In this document: piece after piece, positions 13,073 through 24,109 of the stretch
Layout: each line of letters starts with the position of its first letter
Numbering within the stretch: position 1 is the stretch's first letter
From: Octopus vulgaris
Lineage: Eukaryota
Direction of reading: 5' to 3'
Assembly (NCBI GenBank): GCA_951406725.2
Contig: OX597833.1
Coordinates: 25,854,001-25,918,000, forward strand
Length of the DNA stretch: 64,000 bases
Program-made: the position numbers and the translations under genes
Notes under the pieces: model-generated
Seen by the model: the letters and a program-made list of their open reading frames with translations, nothing else
The model's database searches: none
What the model was told of the DNA's origin: nothing

Positions 13073-13631
13073 AACAACAAACAAGATGAGGACATTATCC
13101 GTCAAATGTAATTAATGTACATAATTCCTCATCTCTTAAATATAGAACTGTATAACTGGAAGGTGTTCGATTTTTCTGTCATCCTCATATCAGCGGATGA
13201 TGGTCTATTCAAAAGTGCAGAAAAATGTTCCACCCAGCGCATATGTATAGAAGCGGTGTCAGTCAGATGCAAATGCCCATTTGCTGTTCTCACTGGATCT
13301 ACAGATGATTTTGGCCCATACACCTCTTTAACATACGAGTACAAACCCTTAGCATCATTTCTATCAGCTGTTTCTCAATCCCCTTTTGCTCTATCACTTC
13401 ACAACTCCTGGTTAATATTCCTTAGAGCAGCCTGCATTTCCCTTTTAGTCTTTTGTAAGCTTTGTTTGATTTGGGGTTCAAGGACTTAGAAACAAAAGTA
13501 TTTCCTAAGTTTTGTTTTTCTAAAAATACATAATGAATTTCTGCTGATCTATCACTGGACTTAGTGATTGAAATCCGACGGTGAACTTGCAACCTGAAAT
13601 ACTTTTGTTTTGAACTCTTCTCACAGAATAC

Positions 13632-13830
13632 AATTCTATATTTAAGAGATGAGGAATTATGTACATTACATTATTTACATTTGATGGATATTTGTCCTCA
13701 TCTTGTTTCTTTTTAACACAATGTTTCGGCTGACATACCCTCCATCCTTCATCAGGAGTCTTGGGAAAATTTGGGGTTCTCATTCCTAAGGTATTTTTCG
13801 ATTTTATTATAAATATTATTATTATTATTA

Positions 13831-13893
<63 letters not shown>

Positions 13894-13998
13894 TCACTGC
13901 TTGGAATCGTACTCTGAATCTTGGGGTTAGTAGCCTGCTCTTTTAACCACTACGCCATATGAGGAAAATATCCGTCAACTGTAAATAATGTAAATAAC
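13632..13998 (-). mobile_element. Short PLE copy: tRNA-like head, (AAT)n, hammerhead, short inverted tail
   Basis: Homologous to 11460-11695; HHR at 13715-13760; 13961-13998 is an inverted copy of the repeat end (GAGGAAAATATCCGTCAACTGTAAATAATG). Confidence 0.78.
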
Positions 13999-15304
13999 TT
14001 CCCATAGAACGTTTGGGTCAATATTGATACATTCTACAGTATCTTGCAATCTTTGCAAGTTGCTTGATAGTTTAAAGTTTCCAGCATTGAACCTTTTAGG
14101 TACCTTAGGACCAGACTCTCGATGATTAGGCATTATTGAAAATTTTCTTTTTCCACGCAAAAGACGATGGTCAGTTCGAATCTCTGCTCCTCTCATGGTC
14201 CTAACGCTAGAAACATCTTTCATATCACGTCCCCTGATCAAAATATAATCTATGAGATGCCAGTGCTTAGATCTTGGGTGCATCCAAGTGGCTTTATATT
14301 TATTGTTCTGTTTAAACAGTGAGTTGGTAACAACCAGATTATTCTCAGTACAAAGCGTCAAAAGTGCTACTCCATTTTTATTACATTTTCCAACCCCATT
14401 TCGGCCTAAAACAGGCCATGAAACGTAGTACCTTCCGAATTCTTGCGTTGAAATATCCCAATATGACCGGCTTGTCAAATTGTCACTTTCCTCGATAATA
14501 GTGCAAGATCATCATAAAAGTGTTCTACAGTTTCATCAGAATGGGACATTGCTGGTGCATAAATACTGACAACAGTAAGAAACTTACGTATCGTCAGTTT
14601 TATACGCCATGACATGTTTCGTTCAGATATACCACTTGGAAATTCTGCAATAGAGTATAGTAATGAATTCTTGAAAGCAAACCTAACCTCAGATTCTGTA
14701 CACTAACCCTCAGGTGGTCCTCCACAAAAGATAGTATATCCATAAGTAGATTCATTTATATGACCCTCACCAGAGAGAAAATTTTCAGAGAGCGTACCTA
14801 TATCAAGGGAATATTTCTTAAGCTCACATGCAATAAGGACAGTACGCCTTTCTGACCTGTTGTTGAAATTATCACCAAGAAGTGTACGCATGTTTCAACA
14901 ACAAAAATTGAAAGTATGCTTATTTTTACTTTTTCTTGAAGGTTGTTTAAACACAGTGGCAGGATATCAACCAGGCCCAGCCTGTGATACACTGGGTGAC
15001 ACCTGCCGAGCCAGACCTGCTCCCCTGACGTTTCCAAGCCATTTTTATGAGTACAAGTGTGTGTGTATTTGTATATAATTTATAAGTCTTTTTATAACTT
15101 TTAATCTTTATATATCTTTTTAAATATTTACAAATCTTTTATATATTTATATATATTTATATGTTTGTATTTTCCTATATGTATATATATAGTTCTGCTC
15201 GAAACGCTAAATCCTCCTTCTTTCTTTCCTTTCCTGAGCGTCCAATAACACTATACTTGTTCCACGTCCTAGCGTTGTTGTTTTCTCTTTGTTCATATTT
15301 GGAT

Positions 15305-15308
<4 letters not shown>

Positions 15309-15352
<44 letters not shown>

Positions 15353-15384
15353 TATGCATATACACATACATATATATTTATACG

Positions 15385-15433
<49 letters not shown>

Positions 15434-15535
15434 ACATATACATATGTATATATATATAGATATGTATACTTCCCTATGTATATATATATATATACATATG
15501 TATACATATATAGATATATATATACATATGTATAC

Positions 15536-15627
<92 letters not shown>
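15309..15627. repeat. (TA)n/(TACA)n microsatellite
   Basis: Direct reading. Confidence 0.95.
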
Positions 15628-15631
<4 letters not shown>

Positions 15632-15860
15632 CGGCGAGCTGGTAGAAACGTTAGCACGCCGGGCGAAATTCGTAGCCGTATTTCGTCTGTCGTTACGTTC
15701 CGAGTTCAAATTCCGCCGAGGTCGAATTTGCCTTTCATCCTTTCGGGGTCGATAAATTAAGTACCAGTTACGCACTGGGGTCGATGTAGTCGACTTAATC
15801 CCTTTGTCTGTCCTTGTTTGTCCCCTCTGTGTTTAGCCCCTTGTGGGTAGTAAAGAAATA
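15628..15860 (+). mobile_element. tRNA-derived SINE, family A, full length
   Basis: A-box-like GAGCTGGTAGAA, B-box GAGTTCAAATTCC, central GGTCGAATTTGCCTTTCATCCTTTCGGGGTCGATAAA domain, tail GTGGGTAGTAAAGAAATA; more than 10 copies in the window. Confidence 0.88.
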
Positions 15861-15867
15861 TATATAA

Positions 15868-15919
<52 letters not shown>

Positions 15920-15974
15920 GTATATATATACTGTTGCGTCTGGGGAGAGATATTTTCTTTTTCCGCCTTATAAT

Positions 15975-17110
15975 TTAACACACTCACCGAAATTTCCACT
16001 TATTGCTTATTTTTATTTTCTCCAAATTATCGTTGCGTCTTGCAACCTTTTCAATAGTCTTGACTCTCTCCGTTATTTACACTTCGTTCCTTTTTGTTTG
16101 TTTGTGCGCATGTGTGTGGGTGAGTGTGTGTGCTTATACCTGTGCATGCATGCATGTACGTATGTATGTGTGTGGGTATGTATGTGTGCATGTGTGTATG
16201 TATATATGTCTGTGTATGCATATGCATATATATATGTATTCTGCATATTCATGTGCTTGCATGTCTGTGTTTGTGTATTTTCTATGTATCTGTGTGTGTG
16301 AGCGTGTGTTTGTTTACGTATGCACCTCTGTCTTCTTGTGTGTGCATGTCTGTGTGTGTGTGTGTTTTGCAACTCTGTACCATGTTTGTATGTATGGATG
16401 TGTGGACACGTGTCTCCATATGTGTCCTTGTGTGGAGTAAAGTGTGTGTGTGTATATACGGTCATGTGTTTCCGTCTCCAGTTGCGTATACGTGCTTGTC
16501 TGTTCTTATAACCTATGTACCTATCCGTCTTTATGTTGATCAGTTTATTTTCATATCCATATGCTTACACAAAAAGACGCGCATACACACACACTCAAAC
16601 CTACACTGACACATACATACATCTATCTACATAACAGTCCACTCACTATTCTACTCTACCTGTGTAAACTGTGGGTATGGATGTATGATATCTACACACT
16701 TACACAGACATGCACACACAAGGAGACAGAGATGCATATATATACAAAGACACGCTCACACACACATATATAGGAAATGCACAAACACGGACATGCAAGC
16801 ATATGAATATGCAGAATACATGCATACAGACGCACACACATACATACTCATATACATATTCATACACACACATATACATACACACACATGCATGCATACC
16901 TACATACATACACACATAGATACATACGTACATGCATGCATGCATAGGCACACACACACTGACCCACACACATGCGCATAAAAGACCAAAAAGGAACTCA
17001 GTGTAATAACGGAGAGAGTCAAGACTACTGAAAAGGTTGCAAGACGCAACGAAAATTTTAGGAAAATAATAATAAGAAATAAGTGGAAATTTTACCGGTG
17101 AGTGTGTTAA
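15975..17110. repeat. Long inverted repeat (arms ~15975-16360 and ~16700-17110), probable PLE fold-back
   Basis: For example CGTTGCGTCTTGCAACCTTTTCAATAGTCTTGACTCTCTCCGTTATT versus AATAACGGAGAGAGTCAAGACTACTGAAAAGGTTGCAAGACGCAACG; the whole unit is flanked by (TA)n. Confidence 0.85.
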
Positions 17111-17184
17111 CTTTAAAAAAAACCCGGAATATGCTTCAACACACGAACTCCTATAAAGAATCTTGTAAACCAAATCCCAAAACG

Positions 17185-17214
<30 letters not shown>

Positions 17215-17217
<3 letters not shown>

Positions 17218-17310
17218 AATTTTTTGCGTAATGAGATAAAAAACCAAGGCTGTCTAGATAAATGTTCTAATATCTACACAGCCTTGGTTTTTTATCCCCA
17301 AAATATTCTT
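17215..17310. repeat. Near-perfect short hairpin
   Basis: GATAAAAAACCAAGGCTGTCTAGATA (17235-17260) pairs 25/26 with 17271-17296 around a 10-nt loop; an outer stem pairs 11/12. Confidence 0.85.
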
Positions 17311-17516
17311 TATCGCAAAAAAGTTTATATACACACGCTGACATAGAACCAAAGTTGAACCCCTTATTCGCAAAATTACCTAACCTGGAACTTAACTATG
17401 GTCTGCCTATAGCACTTATTCAGTATTACCTGACACCTTTAGGTTTCAATGACACCATTACCTCTTATATATATATATATATATAAGAATATTTAAATGG
17501 ATGAATGAATTATTTA

Positions 17517-17602
<86 letters not shown>

Positions 17603-18656
17603 TGTATGTATGTATGTACGTACGTATGTATGCATATATGAATGTATAATTATTTATAGAATTATTCATAGAATTCATCTGAATCGATGTATATTGATAT
17701 TAATGATTTTAAGTTAGGATCGTGATAAGCATATCCACGTATATAGCGTATACATACACTTCCGCATATATCCATGCAGATACGGACCTGTCTCAAACAC
17801 TTATAAATACATGTAGGTGTACACACTGGTATACACGTACGTATAAGTTTACATATCTATGAAATTATATACGCATGCACGCCGACATACATTTTTATGA
17901 TCCAGTGTGAGTTTCAGATTCAATATAGTGAAGGTTCCCAGTGAGGTACTTACATAAAAAAACCCCAGAAATATTACAAATAGGCTAGGGTGTACTACAG
18001 CTGTTTTTTTATTGATGAATAAACGCATTACATCGTGAAAAAACCGTGTACTTCACTTCAGGTGAATTTTAAAATTTTAATTAATTAAATTTTTTTTTTG
18101 AAAGATACCAAGATATTAAATATCCTTTTTATTTGTTTCGAAAATGAGAAGCACCACACTCATTCCTCATCTTGTTATTCTATCTGAATCTAATGTTAAA
18201 CTTTTGTTTATTAATTCACTGGCAGAAAACTTTTTTATTATCATTATGTAGTCGGTTTATTCAACAATAAAAAACGCATTTGGAACCCTTTTCGTCATTC
18301 CTTCCTATATGTTAGATAACTTAGATAAGTTTAGCAGTTTTTAGGACAAATCATGTGTAACAAAAACACCACCATGCCCATTTTTATTTGCATGGATAAA
18401 CTATCTGGTGATAACTATGCAGAGTATAATGTACTTGTTTACAATATTAAAGAAAGACAACAAACATGAATATTTTAGATCATTAAATGAATAATTAAGC
18501 AAAAATGAAATTAAATATATATACAGTTGCTTGGAAGCAAATGCACGAGGGGTGAAGAATATTTAACTCAAGATACTAATTACAATATAGTTTATGAGAG
18601 TTCAAGCATCAGTTCGTCTGAGTATAACATGAATACAAATACAGTATATACGCACA

Positions 18657-18692
<36 letters not shown>

Positions 18693-19510
18693 ATTATGTC
18701 TGTCTGTCTGCCTGTCTGTCTATCTGTCTGTCTGTCTGTATGTATGTATGTATGTACGTATATATGAACAATGTTTGCTTGCACATGTGTGCGTGTGTAT
18801 CATTATGTGTTTTCTCCGACTTTTAACAATACATTCATTAATGCAAGTTGTTTTATGTATATAATATTGTTTGCATTACGTACATCTCACACGCGTGCCC
18901 GCATATATGTATATAAAGTATTAAAAAATATATATTTTTGAAATTTTTGATTTTGGTGTAGCACCTGAAATACACTTAAAAATATGATAGTGAATTTACG
19001 ATATAATCCAGAAGAATATTGATTTCACAGTGCGGGGGAATAAAACACACATTTATGGAAAAAGTTAGTAGATGGTGGTTTGGTTCGATGCATCTTGCCC
19101 TGGTGTCAGGTTGGCCTGACTCATAGATACAGCAGAACCAATACCACTTGTAAGATTTGATTTTTATACCAATGGATACAATAATTTCAATGCCAGAAAT
19201 ATTTTAGGAGAGACTCAATGTCTCCGTCCAATTTATAATCGTCCTTGGGTTTAGTTAAACGACATCACCTTCAAATTTTCAATTGCATGACGATTAGTAA
19301 TTATATCGTCATATATGAAAGTTCAATTCTTCTGGAGCTATTTGGTTTTAAATTCAACGCATGTCTCTTTACGATGTTGTTTATATCAGAAGCATTCCAT
19401 ATTTCTGTTATATTATTTTGACCAGTCCCAAACATTTCTAGATGTGTCTGCGATAGTTTCTTGTACTAATCCACAATCATGAATATATTGTATAAATGAC
19501 GATGCTTTCT

Positions 19511-20428
19511 TCATTTGGTTTTAATTCTTAGAAAAGCTTTTAATTCTTGCCGAAAGTTTGAAGATGCCAGCATGTAGACAGCGAAGTTCAAAGCATTATT
19601 GAAATAGGAAAAGAAATGTGCCAATACATAGACAGCGATTACATTTTTGGCATATGTTGTATTCCTGTCCCCTTTGTATGTTGTAATCACTATCCCACAT
19701 ATTGCAAATGGACTTGTGCACAGCAAGAACAAAATGCTGATCATAAAAAGTAAATAAAGTCCTTCTTTAACTTTTTGCTTTAATTTCAAAAAAGTTTGTT
19801 GTTTCGCCTTTATATTAACCGAGCCAGCGCGTTTTCTCAAACAATATAATATAATCCCGTTAGTAATCAACAGTCCAATGACAGGTAAAATCCAGTAGAA
19901 AATGTAAAAGATGATGTATTTAATTTTGATGTAGTTTTGTGGTGCAGAATCGTAGCATTTAGAATGATTCAATGAGTAGAAATATAGAATAGGTGAATTA
20001 AAAGCGACTAGAATAAAGAAAAGAATACACAGCACGACTCGTTGGTGTTTACATTTTAGATTATGATATCTAATAGGAAAAATGATAGCAACCATCCTTT
20101 CAATTGAGATCAACAGTACGATCAAAGATGACGTTTCCAATACGAATTTATCCAGAAACGGCAGTAGTTTACAAGCAAATAGCGATTTTAATCGTAATTG
20201 GATTCCATACGAATGTCTAAGCCATTTGTCAATCATTAAAATGACGAAAACACCGATATCGTTAAAAGAAAGTCCTATTAAATAGATTCTAATGTTTGAT
20301 TCTTTCATCTTGGGTCGAAATAGGACGAAAATACAGAGAATATTTCCTAACACCCCGATTATAATCAATGGATACCCTGAATAGTGTGCCATATCATTGG
20401 CAAAATTCTGGAAGTCCGTAGAGTTCAT
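19511..20428 (-). CDS. Class A (rhodopsin-like) GPCR, 305 aa, peptide-receptor-like/putative chemoreceptor (paralog 1)
   Basis: Seven hydrophobic segments; GN in TM1, LSFND in TM2, Cys at the top of TM3 and in ECL2, SIERMVAI (DRY variant), P in TM5, CTSP in TM6, NNALNFAVY in TM7, FRQEL helix 8. Confidence 0.93.
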   Translation of the reverse strand: MNSTDFQNFANDMAHYSGYPLIIIGVLGNILCIFVLFRPKMKESNIRIYLIGLSFNDIGVFVILMIDKWLRHSYGIQLRLKSLFACKLLPFLDKFVLETSSLIVLLISIERMVAIIFPIRYHNLKCKHQRVVLCILFFILVAFNSPILYFYSLNHSKCYDSAPQNYIKIKYIIFYIFYWILPVIGLLITNGIILYCLRKRAGSVNIKAKQQTFLKLKQKVKEGLYLLFMISILFLLCTSPFAICGIVITTYKGDRNTTYAKNVIAVYVLAHFFSYFNNALNFAVYMLASSNFRQELKAFLRIKTK

Positions 20429-20505
20429 TCTATTATAAGTCTAGATCAGCGAAAATAAAAGAAAAGAGAAAAATTACATTTAAAGAGACATTAATATAAT
20501 TACCC

Positions 20506-20506
<1 letters not shown>

Positions 20507-20565
<59 letters not shown>

Positions 20566-20590
20566 CGTTGTTGTTGTTGTTGATGTTGTT
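20507..20590. repeat. (ATT)n-(GTT)n microsatellite
   Basis: Direct reading. Confidence 0.9.
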
Positions 20591-21479
20591 ATAGACGTCG
20601 CATAGTATACAATCTCGTGAGGTTGTTGACTGAAGATATCGAGTCTACCTGGGGTTTGCACTATTTTTCAAGACACAACAAGGACCTCAGACAGACAGTA
20701 CTTTACGCAATATGCGTGCATTTCCAATTAATGCCAACTTTGGCAATACATCTAAATTGTAAGATATTTCTAAAGTTTTCAGATGTTTCTTTTAGATTGG
20801 GTATTATCATTATTATCATCATCAAAAGTAGTAGTAGTAGTAGTAGTGTTGGTAGTGGTAGTCGTAGTAGTTCAGTACGATTATTTGTATTGCGTGATTT
20901 CGTTGCTCAACCAAATGTTCTGTGTACATTGTCTTGTGGGATACACACTATATTTCGTCCAGTTATAGCGTTTTCAAATGTATTGAGAAGTACTATACTA
21001 ATCTAGAGTAAACTATAGAAATTAGGATACTATAGAACATACTCGAATGCCAAAGTTAGTACACTATGGTGTAGAGTATCGAAAATATCTTGTGAAGTCT
21101 ACATTTATATGGTCCTTTGTACTTCTCAGCAGATCTGATTTTATAGAGAAATCTGCAAGCGCTATATAACTTGAAAAACATAAGAAATTACTCGGGGTTT
21201 CAGTTTAACTTCTTACGGTTAAAGAACCCCACGCAAACAACAAATAATGGCAGAAATCACCTTGGCAATGGCTCCACTACACAGTTAGGGAAATAAATAT
21301 AACAACAGAGCAACATTGAACTGCATTATAACATATTTAGAGGAGAGAGGAAAAATGTAGTGGAGGTGGAGGGTGATATCCTTACTCAAACACGGAAATA
21401 CAGCGTTTAGAGATGAAGACACGTAACAGAAATAACAGAAGTAATGATAATACTAACCTTTCTGCTAATAAATACATAA

Positions 21480-21586
21480 TAGATAGATAGATAGATATAT
21501 AGATAGATGGATAGATGGATAGATGGATAGATGGATAGATAGATACATAGATGGATAGAGAGAGAGATAGCAGCAGCAGCAGGAGC

Positions 21587-21670
<84 letters not shown>
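21480..21670. repeat. (GATA/GATG)n followed by (AGT)n microsatellite
   Basis: Direct reading. Confidence 0.9.
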
Positions 21671-22838
21671 CAAATGTATTTTCGAAAACATAAAATGACT
21701 CGATAGTATTACTTATCTTATATAGTATGCCTGTATTTCTCGGATAAGAGATATGAGAGATTATGAAGAAAGTTTAAAAGAAAAATATACCTGTGAAAAT
21801 ATTTGTTGTTCGTGTTGTTTATCCTCAGATCAGTTTTAATCTAGAGAACCTAAAATTAAAGGCTACCCAGCCGTGTTAAGCTTGCCTTTGCTTCCAGAAA
21901 TTTTTGTAAAATAGTATTAGCGCACGTTATGAAAAATGAGAGATTTTCACATTATTTGTGACAAGTAAATTAAACAGTAAATGCGTCTCCGTTTAGTTAG
22001 CTTATTTACAATAAGTAGTTGTAGTTATGTATGTTTGTTTACTGGTGTTACAGCAAGGAAAAAATATGTTATATAGAATGCAGGATGGTCTTATTTTCAT
22101 AATAGTCGATTAAATAGTCCTCACAATAATTGGTCAACATTATAATAATTAATTTATCGAGTTCTAGGCGAAAACATCCTAAGTTTCATTCCTCTCTCTC
22201 GTAATATATATATGTATATATGCAAATGTGTGTGTGTGTGTGTGTGTGACAGAGAGAGAGAGAGAGAGAGAGAGAGTATGTGTGTGAAGAGATGTTTGCA
22301 TGTATTCGTGTGTATATGTCTACTCTCACCAGTACCTTCCACCGGCCTCAGCTACGGAGTAATTGAAAAGAAAATATTTCGGTTTACCTACTTGTCTTCT
22401 TTTAAATGAGTGATTTAGTGTAAAGAATGCGTTACGTCATATCCTGGTGAAGTCTATTGTTGAGGTCTGAAGAGGATATGAATGTGGGGGAGTGACGGTG
22501 GCGTTGATGTAGCGGTGGGGATTGTATTAGTGGCGGTGGTAGTTGTGACGGCTCCGATCTCTCCTATACAATTGACAATGGGACAAACTTGATAATGTGA
22601 CACTCCTATTTTTTCGTCTGGTAACTTTTGTTGCATTCCATCAGAGTGGAAAAGGAAGGTCAATGATTCAGTGAAACCGGGCGCGCGCACGCACATATAC
22701 AAATACGCAAACTCACTAACAAGCATATAACTCAAATAGTCACACAAAAATACAGATTCGTGTACCAATATAAAGATATATAATCTCATATACTAATACA
22801 AACACTTATATAGCGACACTGTCATGATCACTCACGCG

Positions 22839-22876
<38 letters not shown>

Positions 22877-22930
22877 GACAGACAGACAGACACACACACA
22901 CACTCATACACAGATATTTGTATGCATATT

Positions 22931-22970
<40 letters not shown>

Positions 22971-22973
<3 letters not shown>

Positions 22974-23190
22974 TCTTTGACTCTTTTACTTGTTTCAGTC
23001 ATTTGACTGCGGCCATGCTGGAGCACCGCCTTTAGTCGAGAAAATCGACCCCAGGACTTATTCTTTGTAAGCCTAGTACTTATTCTATCGGTCAATTTTA
23101 CCGAACCGCTAGGTTACGAGGACGTAAACACACCAGCATGCTGGGGAGGCCAAACACAGTCACACAAACACACACACACATACACACAAC
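22971..23190 (-). mobile_element. SINE family B, 3' half
   Basis: TACTTGTTTCAGTCATTTGACTGCGGCCATGCTGGAGCACCGCCTTTAGTCGAG matches the copies at 26463 and 59621. Confidence 0.8.
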
Positions 23191-23215
23191 ACACAGTAAA
23201 GAGTATATATCTATA

Positions 23216-23303
<88 letters not shown>

Positions 23304-23604
23304 TGTATGTATCCTGCCACAGGTTGATATAGATAAATTATGCAGTGGAGGTTCATTCAATGTGTTCACACAGCGTACTTCGCGAGTCTACCAAAACGAT
23401 CTCTATTTCATTTTATTGGCAACTGTTGGCCCTGCACAGTGGGGACGAACTAGGGCAGACAATACAATACAAGTGGGGACATAAAACATAAACGAATGAA
23501 TGAAATGGATTTATATAATGAATGAATGTGTAATGGCTACTTGAAGCCCCACTTTTGAGTAGTACCATTTTAACTATATTTTTTCCTCTTTTTATACTTT
23601 TCTT

Positions 23605-24018
23605 TTCTTCTGCATGCACAAGGCCAGAAACACAGAGAGGACAAACAAGGTCAGACAAACGGATTAAGTCGATTATATCGACCCCAGTGCGTAACTGGTA
23701 CTTAATTTATCGACCCCGAAATGATCAAAGGCAAAGTCGACCTCGGCGGAATTTGAACTCAGAACGTAACGGCAGACGAAATACCTATTTCTTTACTACC
23801 CACAAAGGGCCAAACACAAAGAGGACAAACAAGGAGAGACAAACGGATTATGCCGATTATATCGACCCCAGTGCGTAACTGGTACTTAATTTATCGACCC
23901 CGAAATGATCAAAGGCAGAGTCAACCTCGGCTGAATTTGAACTCAGAACGTAACGGCAGACGAAAGACTGCTAAGCATTTCGCCTGGCGTGCTAACGTTT
24001 CTAACAGCTCGCCACCTT
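23605..24018 (-). mobile_element. SINE family A, head-to-tail dimer
   Basis: CGACCCCAGTGCGTAACTGGTACTTAATTTATCGACCCCGAAATGATCAAAGGC occurs twice (~23679 and ~23863); junction at ~23785. Confidence 0.85.
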
Positions 24019-24109
24019 TCCTCTTCTTTATACTGACGTTTATCAAATTGATTCATCTTAATATATAAAATATGGTGTCAATTGTTCAAATTCTATCACA
24101 GGGAGTAGA

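Larger units (their letters stand above)
11436..13154 (-). mobile_element. 5'-truncated Penelope-like element with inverted terminal repeat
   Basis: GIY-YIG remnant on the minus strand; the terminal repeat at ~11460-11590 (-) is mirrored at 12988-13154 (+); both carry hammerhead motifs. Confidence 0.85.
9481..15040 (-). mobile_element. RTE-clade LINE, near full length, decayed and interrupted by nested insertions
   Basis: APE fragments (NMRTLL..RSERRTVLIACEL; TWMHPRSKHWHLIDY), RT fragments (GIKQGNLDAPTLFAIYF), RTE C-terminus (QMRWCGHIVRM..KQLFYG) and C2H2 fingers; many stops and frameshifts; interrupted at ~11436-13154 and ~13632-13998. Confidence 0.9.

Noticed and set aside
13520-13834. Recurring peptide FPKTPDEGWRVYQPKRCVNNKQDEDKYP
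   Set aside because: It is the translation of the PLE terminal repeat and hammerhead; the conservation is at RNA level.
13892-13961. Possible bona fide tRNA genes (also 11625, 42016, 51066, 58471)
   Set aside because: A/B boxes are present but there is no convincing acceptor stem, and each is embedded in a repeat; these are tRNA-derived heads.
19280-19514. Short open frames directly after the GPCR paralog 1 stop, possibly a frameshifted longer C-terminus
   Set aside because: The receptor already completes TM7 and helix 8, the frames are short, and they show no similarity to the paralog tails.
23555-24068. Recurring peptide [26 protein letters not shown] in several ORFs
   Set aside because: It is the antisense translation of SINE family A, not a protein family.
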